Part shown: positions 28,179-36,090 of the stretch, piece after piece
Numbering within the stretch: position 1 is the stretch's first letter
Layout of the letters: every line of letters starts with the position of its first letter
DNA from: Candidatus Pacearchaeota archaeon
Lineage (GTDB): Archaea; Nanobdellota; Nanobdellia; Pacearchaeales; GW2011-AR1
Assembly: GCA_040879805.1 (NCBI GenBank)
Contig: JBBDJP010000006.1
Span: 3,699 to 67,698 of the forward strand
DNA: 64,000 nt
Reading direction: 5' to 3'
Made by a program: the position numbers and the translations under genes
Notes under the pieces: model-generated
Told to the model about the DNA's origin: nothing
Database searches by the model: none
What the model saw: only the letters and a program-made list of their open reading frames with translations

Positions 28179-28631
28179 TTAGATTATTTTTTCCAAATAA
28201 ATAATATCTTCTCCGTCTGGAACACCAGATATACCCTTGGTTTTTAAGCATTTTTTGATTTGAAAACCAAATTTATAATAAAATGGAATTGCTGAAGTAT
28301 TTTTCCAATGCACCCAAAGAACAATTTTGCTTACTTTAGATTTAGTAATCTTTTTAAGAAAATAATACATCAAATTAGTTCCAATCTTCTTATTGCGAGC
28401 ACTTCTTAATACAGCGATGTCATTTATCTCGATTGCATCCTTTTTCATTACTGCAGAAATTGCAGCTATTATTTTTCCATTTTGTTTGTAAACCAAATTA
28501 TAATCAGGATGTTTTTTTAATCCTTCTAAAGTCCATTTTCTAATATCTTCGATATTAGCAAAAAGATTAGCATCTCTATACAATTTTACGACTGATTCTA
28601 AATCAGAAAAATTCATCTTTATTATAACCAT
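28179..28631 (-). CDS. GNAT-family N-acetyltransferase
   Basis: IAVLRSARNKKIGTNLMYYFL (R/Q-x-x-G-x-G/A acetyl-CoA motif), with the beta-strand pattern of GNATs. Length 150 aa. Confidence 0.8.
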   Translation of the reverse strand: MVIIKMNFSDLESVVKLYRDANLFANIEDIRKWTLEGLKKHPDYNLVYKQNGKIIAAISAVMKKDAIEINDIAVLRSARNKKIGTNLMYYFLKKITKSKVSKIVLWVHWKNTSAIPFYYKFGFQIKKCLKTKGISGVPDGEDIIYLEKII

Positions 28632-28690
28632 AAAAAATCAATTATTTCTTTAATTATATACTTTTGTTTCATTAGCCATAAACCTATTGA

Positions 28691-28868
28691 TTATAACATC
28701 GGCATTAACAGAAGTTGAGTTCTCCTCGTGACAGAAGGGAACAGAGCTGAGAACTCAATTTGGGAAAATCACGAGCCGAGTGATTTTCCTGTTAATGCCT
28801 GTTATACGAGGGTGAGGAGTGAAACGACGAAAGCGCAGCGTCCCCTTTAGCGTTTGCCGGAGCGCGCC
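28691..28868 (+). repeat. GC-rich attC-like folded repeat, copy B
   Basis: TTATAAC(28691-97)-atc-GGCATTAACAG(28701-11) pairs with CTGTTAATGCC(28789-99)-t-GTTATAC(28801-07). Inner stems are GTTGAGTTCTC(28714-24)/GAGAACTCAAT(28749-59) and GGAAAATCAC(28763-72)/GTGATTTTCC(28780-89). The tail is conserved with copy A to about 28868. Confidence 0.6.
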
Positions 28869-28907
28869 GAAAGTTATATAATTCAATTGAAACTAATTGA
28901 TTATAAT

Positions 28908-29528
28908 ATGAAATCTCAAACAATAACAAGTGAATGGTATAATGAGACTGGAGAAAAATGCTTGAGATTTTACAAGAAAAGTCAAGACAACGAAATAATA
29001 CAACTAAAAGAAGCGTTAGAAAAAATCCCTCGTAAATCAAAAATATTAGATGCTGGTTGTGGATTTGGAAAACCAGTAGCAAAATTTCTTTCACAAAAAA
29101 AATATCAAGTTACAGGAATTGATATTTCCAAAGAATTGATACAGCAAGCGCGGAAAAATGCTCCAAAAGCAAAATTCAAAGTAATGAGTATGTATGACTT
29201 GACATTTCCTGAAAAAACATTTGATGCGATTGTTTCCTTCTTTGCCATACTACATCTAGAAAAAAGCAAAGTTCTGCAAGTGTTTAAAAAATTTCATCAA
29301 ATTTTGAAAGATAATGGATATTTACTTTTTTCAGTAAATAGAGGCAAAGAAGAAGGTTATTTTGAATTCTTTGGAAAGAAGGTATTTTTCAGCGCATACA
29401 CAAAAAAAGAAATTGAAGAAATTTTACGTAAAACTGGCTTCAAGATAATTTGGAAGAGGGATTTTTTCTTTGAAACTCCTGATGGTTCTAAAGAACATCA
29501 ATTGTATTATTTTGTCCAAAAGAAGTAA
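28908..29528 (+). CDS. class I SAM-dependent methyltransferase
   Basis: ILDAGCGFGK (motif I) and AIVSFFAILHL are present. Track ORF 28854 starts at a TTG inside the repeat, so I use the ATG at 28908 (MKSQTITSEW...). Confidence 0.85.
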   Translation: MKSQTITSEWYNETGEKCLRFYKKSQDNEIIQLKEALEKIPRKSKILDAGCGFGKPVAKFLSQKKYQVTGIDISKELIQQARKNAPKAKFKVMSMYDLTFPEKTFDAIVSFFAILHLEKSKVLQVFKKFHQILKDNGYLLFSVNRGKEEGYFEFFGKKVFFSAYTKKEIEEILRKTGFKIIWKRDFFFETPDGSKEHQLYYFVQKK

Positions 29529-29592
29529 GGCGCGCGTAGGCAAATGTCGTATAACAAGATGTACTATTGAATTTATTCAGTAATACATTCTT
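29529..29592 (-). repeat. inverted, truncated copy (C) of the repeat
   Basis: GGCGCGCGTAGGCAAATGTCGTATAAC (29529-55) resembles the reverse complement of copy B 28801-28868 with an internal ~43-nt deletion. TCGTATAAC is an exact inverse of GTTATACGA at 28801-09, and GGCGCGC/GCGCGCC also match. It is followed by the hairpin AAGATGTA...TACATTCTT (29556-29592). No GTT core follows. Confidence 0.45.
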
Positions 29593-29646
29593 AAAAAGGG
29601 TGTAAACACAAATTATATAAATTTCCAAATTTAATTTCTTTTATAA

Positions 29647-32505
29647 CTAAACTTCCAGACTGACTATCTTACTGATGCCATCGTGCATACTGACTCCATA
29701 GATGTTTGAGGCCTTTGAGATGACTTCATCATTGTGAGTAATGACTATGTACTGGCCTTTCTGCATATACTTCTTAAGAAGCGCTGCAAGCCTCTCTGAG
29801 TTTCTTTTATCAAGAGCTGCATCTATCTCATCAAGCAAATAGAAATAATAAGGGTTATGCTCTTGAATTGCGAAAATTAACGAAAGAGCTACTAGTGTCT
29901 GTTCTCCTCCTGATAACGATTTAACATCAAAATACTTACCATGTCCGGTTTTAACTATGATATTAACTCCTGCTGAAAAAGGATCTTTTTTATTTTCAAC
30001 TTCAAGATAAACTTGTCCTTTAGTACTAAGTTGAGAAAAGTTCCTTGAGAAAAGTCCATTAATTTTTTCAAGAGTCTGAATAAATGCTTTCTTTTTCTTT
30101 ATATCAATTTGGTGGATTATCCTTAAAATCCCTTCTTTTTCATTGGAAATGGTTTCAGTTTTTTCCTGGATTTCATCATATTCTTTTTTAACTTCATCGT
30201 AAACTTCCAACGAACGTAAATTTACATTTCCAATTTTAGAGATTATTTCTTTTGCCCTTGATAGCCTATTGATCAGAGTTTCTTTTTTTGCCTTTATTAT
30301 TTGAATCTTTTCAAATTCAAGCATTTCAGTTTCAATATTTTCTCTTTCTGCATCTATTCTAGCCTTATCAATTTTAAGATTATTAAAAGAATTCTCAGAA
30401 TTATTAAGATAATTTTTATGGGAAAGGCTTTCAGATTCTTTTTCTCTTATTTTTGAATGTAATTGATCTCTTTCCGAGATAAGTTTCTTAAACTTTCCGC
30501 TCAACTCTTCATCTTGTCTTCTTTTTTCACTAAGATCTTTATTTTTTTCTTCAAAAGACTTTTTTAAAACAGAGAATTCTTTTAATATATCTTCCTCTTC
30601 ACTAACAATTTGTTTGAGGGAAATTTTCATTTTATCAATTTCTTTCTGCTTGAAGTTAACTTCAGAATCAATTGTCTCTTTAGTTCTTAGAGAAATGTCT
30701 TGAATTTCCATTTTAAGGTTTTCATACTTTTGATCAATATTAAAATTAGATTCTACAATTTTTTCCAGAGAGTTTTTTCTTTTTTCTAATTCTAAGATTT
30801 CTTCCTTAACTTTAGAAGATTTTTCATTAAGCTGTTTAATTTGAATTTTTTTATCTTCAATTCCAGAAATTATTTTTATATCAGATTCTGTTTTTGAAAC
30901 TTTTTGAGAAAGACTTTCAATATCTTTTTCAAGAATATCTTTCTTTCGATAAATTTCTCCTAACTCTTTGTCAGATTCGCTTATTTTATTTTTAAAAGAA
31001 TTAATTTTTGGAATAACTTCACTCTTTATTTCTTCCATATGATCAGGGGTTATTTTATTCTTACAAATAGGACAAATATCCATTTTTGAAATTTTTTCTA
31101 AAAGATTTCTCTGGTTTTTTATTTCAGACTCACTTACTGAACTCTGCTTTTCAAGTTCAAATTCTCTTTTAACTAGCTTACCCAATATAGACTTCTTATC
31201 TTCAACCTCAGACTTTATTTGATCAAGTTTCTTTTGACTAGATTTGTTATCAAAAATCTTTATAGACAAAGATTCTATCTGTCGTATTAACATATTTGAC
31301 TCATTCTCATAATTTTTCAAAAGACTTCTTTTATCTTCTAACCTCTCCTTAACTGAAGATAACTCTGATTTTACCATATAGAATTTTTTTCTTTGTGATT
31401 CAATTTTATCAAGAATCTTTTTCTTTTCCTCTATCTCTTTTTTCTTTTTGTCTGGGGTTGGAGATTCTTTTTGGATTTCCTTAAGAGAAGCAGTTATATC
31501 TGATATTGAATTTTTTATTTCTTCTTTTTGATTTTTCAAATCTGATAATTTAGATTCATAATTTTCAAGTTTTACTTTTATTCCTGCAAGTTCTGCCCTT
31601 AAATTTGCAATATCTTGATTCAATTTTTCTTGCTCAAAACCAGTAGATTCTTCTATATCGGAATTAATTTCATTTATTCTAGAATTATATTTTTTTATTT
31701 CAGATTCTATTTCAAAAATTTTCTTCTTTATTTTTTCAATTTCTTTATTCTTTTTTTCAATTTCTTTAAGAACATTTTCTCTTTCCTTATTCTTTTTTTC
31801 TAGATCATGGCTCAATATACTTGCCTTAAAATTTTCTATATCCTCTTTAAGTTTCTTATATTTTAATGCTTGCTTCCTCTCATTCTCAAGATTATTTAAA
31901 TAAGAAGTCCTTTCTCTAAGAACTGATTGAATTTCTTTAAGTTTTTCATCTGTTTTTTCCAATTCTTTAAGAGACTTTTCCTTTCTAGATTCATAAATTG
32001 AAATGCCCGAAACTTCTTCAATAACTCCTCTTCTCTCATCTGGCTGCATTCTTACAAAGTTCTGAATTTCTCCTTGAAGAATTATGTTGAATCCTTGAGG
32101 GTCTATTCCTGCTTGTGCAAGCACTGAAAGAACTTCTTGCCTAGTTTTTGTTTGTCCATTTATTTTGTAAATACTCTGACCATTCTTTCTAACAATTCTT
32201 TTCAAACTTAATTCATCCTTATCAATAGAAAAAGTTCCTTCAGAATTATCAAATATAATTTCTACAGAAGCCTCTTTTGCAGGTGAAGCTGCTTTAGATC
32301 CCATAAATATAAGATTACTTGCTTTGGCTGCCCGAAGTGATTTTATTGATAAACGTCCAAGAACAAAACAGATTGCATCAGAAACATTTGATTTTCCTGA
32401 ACCATTTGGTCCTAGAATAACATTAATACCTCTTGAAAAAGGCATTTCAGTTTTCTTTGGAAAGCTCTTAAATCCATGCATCACCAATCTTTTTATGTAA
32501 GACAT
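29647..32505 (-). CDS. smc: SMC-family ATPase with SMC-type head but a central CPxC zinc-hook motif instead of a hinge
   Basis: N-terminus MSYIKRLVMHGFKSF...ILGPNGSGKSNVSDAICFVLG...LRAAKASNLIF. C-terminus LSGGEQTLVALSLIFAIQ...FYLLDEIDAALD...YIVITHND. Heptad-rich sequence fills the space between. MDICPICKNKITPDH has its first Cys at aa 482 of 956 (nt 31063-31074). The start is moved to the ATG at 32505. Confidence 0.8.
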   Translation of the reverse strand: MSYIKRLVMHGFKSFPKKTEMPFSRGINVILGPNGSGKSNVSDAICFVLGRLSIKSLRAAKASNLIFMGSKAASPAKEASVEIIFDNSEGTFSIDKDELSLKRIVRKNGQSIYKINGQTKTRQEVLSVLAQAGIDPQGFNIILQGEIQNFVRMQPDERRGVIEEVSGISIYESRKEKSLKELEKTDEKLKEIQSVLRERTSYLNNLENERKQALKYKKLKEDIENFKASILSHDLEKKNKERENVLKEIEKKNKEIEKIKKKIFEIESEIKKYNSRINEINSDIEESTGFEQEKLNQDIANLRAELAGIKVKLENYESKLSDLKNQKEEIKNSISDITASLKEIQKESPTPDKKKKEIEEKKKILDKIESQRKKFYMVKSELSSVKERLEDKRSLLKNYENESNMLIRQIESLSIKIFDNKSSQKKLDQIKSEVEDKKSILGKLVKREFELEKQSSVSESEIKNQRNLLEKISKMDICPICKNKITPDHMEEIKSEVIPKINSFKNKISESDKELGEIYRKKDILEKDIESLSQKVSKTESDIKIISGIEDKKIQIKQLNEKSSKVKEEILELEKRKNSLEKIVESNFNIDQKYENLKMEIQDISLRTKETIDSEVNFKQKEIDKMKISLKQIVSEEEDILKEFSVLKKSFEEKNKDLSEKRRQDEELSGKFKKLISERDQLHSKIREKESESLSHKNYLNNSENSFNNLKIDKARIDAERENIETEMLEFEKIQIIKAKKETLINRLSRAKEIISKIGNVNLRSLEVYDEVKKEYDEIQEKTETISNEKEGILRIIHQIDIKKKKAFIQTLEKINGLFSRNFSQLSTKGQVYLEVENKKDPFSAGVNIIVKTGHGKYFDVKSLSGGEQTLVALSLIFAIQEHNPYYFYLLDEIDAALDKRNSERLAALLKKYMQKGQYIVITHNDEVISKASNIYGVSMHDGISKIVSLEV

Positions 32506-32546
32506 TAAAAGAAACAAGGAAAAAAGGTTTAAAAGATTTTATAGGG

Positions 32547-33224
32547 TTAAAATCCCAACTTCTTCTGACCAAATTTTCCTGCAGCCTTTTGCCAGGTTTT
32601 CCAACTTCTTCTAAACAACCCTTCTTTTGCAAGTATGTTCGCATTTTTTTCAACAAATGCCTTTGTTTTTGGGTCTGAAGGGTATCCTGATCCAACTTCC
32701 TCGCCATACTTCTTCTTTATCTTTTTCATTTGTCTTTCTCTTTCTTCTTTTGCAAGTATTGAGGCTGATGCGACAACAGGATAGTCTCTATCTGCTTTGT
32801 GCTCACAGACTATTTCTAAATTCGAAAGGTCTTCTATTTTTAATCTTACGCTCTCACTCCATTTTGTTCTATTTACTGAAGGACAATCAAGTATAATTCT
32901 GATTTTTCCAGGTATTTTATTATTTAATTTATTTATTATTTTTGAAACTAAAATTGCTTCTACCTCATTCAAATTAATTCCTTCTTCTAAACTTGCGTCA
33001 ATTTCAAAAGGAGTAATAATCTCTATGTGATATGCGAGAGACTTTTCCTTTATTTCCTTTTCAAGAAATGCTCTTCTCTTTGGAGTAAGATCTTTACTGT
33101 CCTTAGCCCCAAGTTTTTTTAGTTCATTCTCAATCTCTTTGTTCAGAAGACAACCTGCAATAATCATTGGACCAATAACTGGTCCGCGCCCAGCATCATC
33201 TACTCCTAAAAGAAGTGTTTCCAT
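32547..33224 (-). CDS. rnhB: ribonuclease HII
   Basis: LLGVDDAGRGPVIGPMIIAG and ...KADRDYPVVASASILAK are present. Confidence 0.9.
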   Translation of the reverse strand: METLLLGVDDAGRGPVIGPMIIAGCLLNKEIENELKKLGAKDSKDLTPKRRAFLEKEIKEKSLAYHIEIITPFEIDASLEEGINLNEVEAILVSKIINKLNNKIPGKIRIILDCPSVNRTKWSESVRLKIEDLSNLEIVCEHKADRDYPVVASASILAKEERERQMKKIKKKYGEEVGSGYPSDPKTKAFVEKNANILAKEGLFRRSWKTWQKAAGKFGQKKLGF

Positions 33225-33269
33225 GTCTAAAATAAATTGGTTTAGTTTTTAAAACTTTCAGGAAAAAAG

Positions 33270-33345
33270 TAGCGAGGGCGGGATTTGAACCACGCGACCT
33301 CCGGGTTATGGGCCCGGCGAGGACTCCAGACTCCTCCACCTCGCT
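33270..33345 (-). tRNA. initiator tRNA-Met (anticodon CAU)
   Basis: Minus-strand read: AGCGAGG-TG-GAGG..CCTC-G-CCGGG-CCCATAA-CCCGG-AGGTC-GCG(T)GG-TTCAAAT-CCCGC-CCTCGCT-A. The A1:U72 pair and three G:C pairs at the bottom of the anticodon stem are initiator marks. The T stem has one bulged U. Confidence 0.85.
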
Positions 33346-33427
33346 ATACAATAAATTACCTATGAAACACTTTTAAAACTTTCCAAATAAGAAATCTTTA
33401 AAACCCCTTAATTAATACTAAATGTAT

Positions 33428-33509
33428 GCCCAGATGGCGGAGTGGTTAACGCACTAGATTGCTAATCTAGACCCTTCGGGGTGCGCAGGTTCGAATCCTG
33501 CTCTGGGCG
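33428..33509 (+). tRNA. tRNA-Ser (anticodon GCU)
   Basis: Acceptor GCCCAGA/TCTGGGC, anticodon arm CTAGA-TTGCTAA-TCTAG, long variable arm ACCCTTCGGGGTG, T arm GCAGG-TTCGAAT-CCTGC, discriminator G. Confidence 0.9.
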
Positions 33510-33528
33510 TTTGGTTTAATTTCTTAAA

Positions 33529-34098
33529 ATGCCTCCAATATATCAACCCGCAGAAGATTCCTATTTAATGTCAGAATATCTTGAAAAAATTCTTCCAGAT
33601 ATTATTAAAGAAAATCCAAATTTAAAATTTCTTGAGATAGGAGTGGGCTCTGGAATAAATCTTGAAACTGCTAAAAAATCTGGTGTTAAAAAAGAAAATA
33701 TTCTTGGAACGGATATAAATCCTGAAGCTGTTAAACATTGTAAAGAACAGGGATTTAACTGCATTCAATCAGATTTATTTAATAAAGTTAAAGGAAAATT
33801 TGATTTGATTGTTTTTAATCCTCCTTATCTTCCTTTAGACGAAAAGGAACTCCTGAAATCGAGACTTGAAACTACTGGCGGGAAGAAAGGAAATGAAATA
33901 TCTATTGAATTTTTGAGGCAAGCAAAAAAATACCTTAGAAAATATGGGAAGGTTATTTTAATTACTAGTTCTCTATCAGAGAATATTGATTTTGAAGAGC
34001 TTGTATTTAAATCTAAAAAAATTGAAGAGAAGAAATTGTTTTATGAAAAGCTGGCTTTGTGGGAATGTTGGTTAAAAAAGTTGGCTAAACCTTTATAA
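33529..34098 (+). CDS. N5-glutamine methyltransferase (HemK/Mtq2-like, release-factor type)
   Basis: IYQPAEDSYLM start, FLEIGVGSGI (motif I) and the VFNPPYLP (NPPY) motif are present. Confidence 0.7.
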   Translation: MPPIYQPAEDSYLMSEYLEKILPDIIKENPNLKFLEIGVGSGINLETAKKSGVKKENILGTDINPEAVKHCKEQGFNCIQSDLFNKVKGKFDLIVFNPPYLPLDEKELLKSRLETTGGKKGNEISIEFLRQAKKYLRKYGKVILITSSLSENIDFEELVFKSKKIEEKKLFYEKLALWECWLKKLAKPL

Positions 34099-34120
34099 AC
34101 AATATTCTGTATATGTTACT

Positions 34121-34588
34121 ATGTTTAGAAGTATTTCAGAGGTGATGAATAATCCTGAAGCTTGGGCTTTTGGAGGTCTTCTTGCGATAGGAATATTTTT
34201 GGCAGTTATAATTTCTCTGGCAGTTTATATTTATTTTGCATTTGCATGGTACACAATTGCCAAAAAGAAGAAGCATGATAAGCCGTGGCTCGCATGGATT
34301 CCTTTTGCGAACATTTCTCTCTGGTTGCAAATGGGAGGATTCCACTGGGCATGGGTTTTCTTATTTTTGATTCCAATTTTAGGATGGCTTGCGATTTATG
34401 TATTATTCATAATTTCCACTTGGAGAGTATTTGAATCTCTGAAATATCCTGGATGGTTAAGCCTTTCGCCTCTGCTTGATATAATTGCTGGCGGAGCTGG
34501 AACCATTGCCTATGGAATCGTTGTAGGAATTGTTGCCTGGAAAGATAATAGAAAAGACAAAAAGTCAAAGAAGAAAAAGAGAAAATAA
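34121..34588 (+). CDS. multi-pass membrane protein with Lys-rich tail (hypothetical)
   Basis: Four hydrophobic segments and a KDKKSKKKKRK C-terminus. No family recognised. Confidence 0.45.
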   Translation: MFRSISEVMNNPEAWAFGGLLAIGIFLAVIISLAVYIYFAFAWYTIAKKKKHDKPWLAWIPFANISLWLQMGGFHWAWVFLFLIPILGWLAIYVLFIISTWRVFESLKYPGWLSLSPLLDIIAGGAGTIAYGIVVGIVAWKDNRKDKKSKKKKRK

Positions 34589-34591
34589 GAA

Positions 34592-35395
34592 TTATTTCTC
34601 AATCTCACTCGTTTTTTTTATAGGAATATAAAATTTATCTAAATTTTCTAAGGCTTCTTTTTTCATGTGAGCATTTCCAAGACCTTTCCAATCTAAGAGG
34701 AAAAAATCAACTTGTTCTTCTGTTTTATCAAAAGCCTCTTTAATCATTTCTTCAGTTAAAGGAAATGCATATGAAGAAACTACATGCGAAATTGCAACAT
34801 TTGAATTGAGTTGAATTTTATTAAAATTTGGACAATAATGTGGGCCTCCGATTGCAATAGCCACTTCACTGTAAGGATTTTCTTTAAAATTTTCGATAGT
34901 TTCAGATATTGTTTTTGCTATCACAAAACTTGCTTTCTTATGTGTCCACTCTTCTTCCGTAGACCCTACTTCAATAAACAAGCAGGGTTTTTCAATTAAA
35001 GGACCATGGTGTGTGGCCTCCATAGTAACCTTATAATCTTTAAGATTAAATTTTTTTTTATTCTCATTTAAACTTATAAACATCTGCTTCAATAATAACG
35101 CAGACGTTTTACAAACTCTCCCTTTTTCCCCTCCATGATCTGCAAAGCGCCAATTTCCGGGAGCATGAACGCAAAGACTTTTTTCCTTACTCTTTGATGA
35201 ATGTTTAGATGCAAAAATTATGAAATCATAAGAATTTATTTTTTTAATATCAATATTTTCAGTGTGAATTATATCTTTTTCAAAAACCTCTATATCAAAA
35301 TTCCCAAATTGTCTTAACTGAGTAACAATATTCATTCCTGCCTTATCTAACTTACTAGCAACAATCAAGAATTTTTTGTATTTCATATTTAGCAT
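34592..35395 (-). CDS. dtdA: archaeal-type D-aminoacyl-tRNA deacylase (DTD2)
   Basis: CVHAPGNW, MEATHHGP and IGGPHYCPNF match the DTD2 (tRNA_deacylase) signature blocks as I remember them. Length 267 aa. Confidence 0.75.
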   Translation of the reverse strand: MLNMKYKKFLIVASKLDKAGMNIVTQLRQFGNFDIEVFEKDIIHTENIDIKKINSYDFIIFASKHSSKSKEKSLCVHAPGNWRFADHGGEKGRVCKTSALLLKQMFISLNENKKKFNLKDYKVTMEATHHGPLIEKPCLFIEVGSTEEEWTHKKASFVIAKTISETIENFKENPYSEVAIAIGGPHYCPNFNKIQLNSNVAISHVVSSYAFPLTEEMIKEAFDKTEEQVDFFLLDWKGLGNAHMKKEALENLDKFYIPIKKTSEIEK

Positions 35396-35426
35396 AAAAG
35401 TTTCTAGTATAAAAGTTTTATCAAGT

Positions 35427-35732
35427 TTAGTTGCTTGTTTTAAACTCTTTATTCATCTGAGAGATTATCTTCTCAAATCCTTCTTTAACAGTAATTCCTA
35501 AATCCCATCCTTCAGAATCCGAAACAAACTTCCTAGTTTTAGGGGTAACGGAAATGTTAATACTATATTTATGCGCTTTTCCTTCACGATGGTATATTTT
35601 AACTCTAACTTCAATTGACTTTATTTCACCAACAATCCTCTTTATTTTAGATGAATAACTCTTAGTAAACTCATTAAGATCATTCTTTTGTCCTTGGCTA
35701 AAATTCTCCGTTCCAAAGAACTCAATTTTCAT
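35427..35732 (-). CDS. hypothetical protein, possibly HPF/RaiA-like (ribosome-associated) fold
   Basis: 101 aa. The pattern MKIEFFGTENF..S......EF...K..K... then ...VRVKIY.E.....YSINISV......FVSDSEGWDLGITVKEGFEKIISQMNK mirrors the beta-alpha-beta-beta-beta-alpha layout and spacing of HPF-family proteins. This is similarity by eye only. Confidence 0.3.
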   Translation of the reverse strand: MKIEFFGTENFSQGQKNDLNEFTKSYSSKIKRIVGEIKSIEVRVKIYHREGKAHKYSINISVTPKTRKFVSDSEGWDLGITVKEGFEKIISQMNKEFKTSN

Positions 35733-35808
35733 ATTTATATAAAGTCCTTAAATTATTTAAAGTTTATCCCTAACTTAAATTTATTAACTCTTATTTCTTG
35801 AAAATTTC

Positions 35809-36090
35809 ATGGAAGAATCAATAATGTTCATAATTGGGATTGTTATTCTTATCCTTGGTTTTCCTTTAGGAAATTTTCTTGCAAGGATTACAAAAGAGGA
35901 ATTAAAATCTGGACAAAAATGGTTTAAGATTTTAATAATACTCTTTTCTGTAGCATCAATAATAAGCATTCTTACAAAAAATGATATCTTGCTTTTCACA
36001 TTTCTATTTATGATTATAATCACAAGTAGAAGTCTAATTCAAAACTCAAATAAAAAATATAAAAAACTTAAGGAAATTTTTAAGCATTAA
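35809..36090 (+). CDS. small two-TM membrane protein (hypothetical)
   Basis: Hydrophobic segments IMFIIGIVILILGFPLGNFLA and ILIILFSVASIISIL. Confidence 0.4.
   Translation: MEESIMFIIGIVILILGFPLGNFLARITKEELKSGQKWFKILIILFSVASIISILTKNDILLFTFLFMIIITSRSLIQNSNKKYKKLKEIFKH

Noticed and set aside
28792-29094. A 100-aa minus-strand ORF covering repeat copy B and the start of the methyltransferase gene.
   Set aside because: It overlaps a strongly supported plus-strand gene. The part shared between repeat copies A and B differs by a 2-nt indel that would break any common reading frame. The conservation is therefore at the DNA/structure level and not coding.
28001-29592. Whether the GC-rich repeats could be a CRISPR array.
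   Set aside because: There are only 2.5 copies. They are 94-180 bp long and imperfect, and the intervening 'spacers' are whole genes. No cas genes are in the window.
32468-32707. A 79-aa ORF bridging the smc start and the rnhB end. Plus-strand ORFs at 32627-33030 lie inside rnhB.
   Set aside because: They overlap two well-supported genes in other frames and have no independent support.
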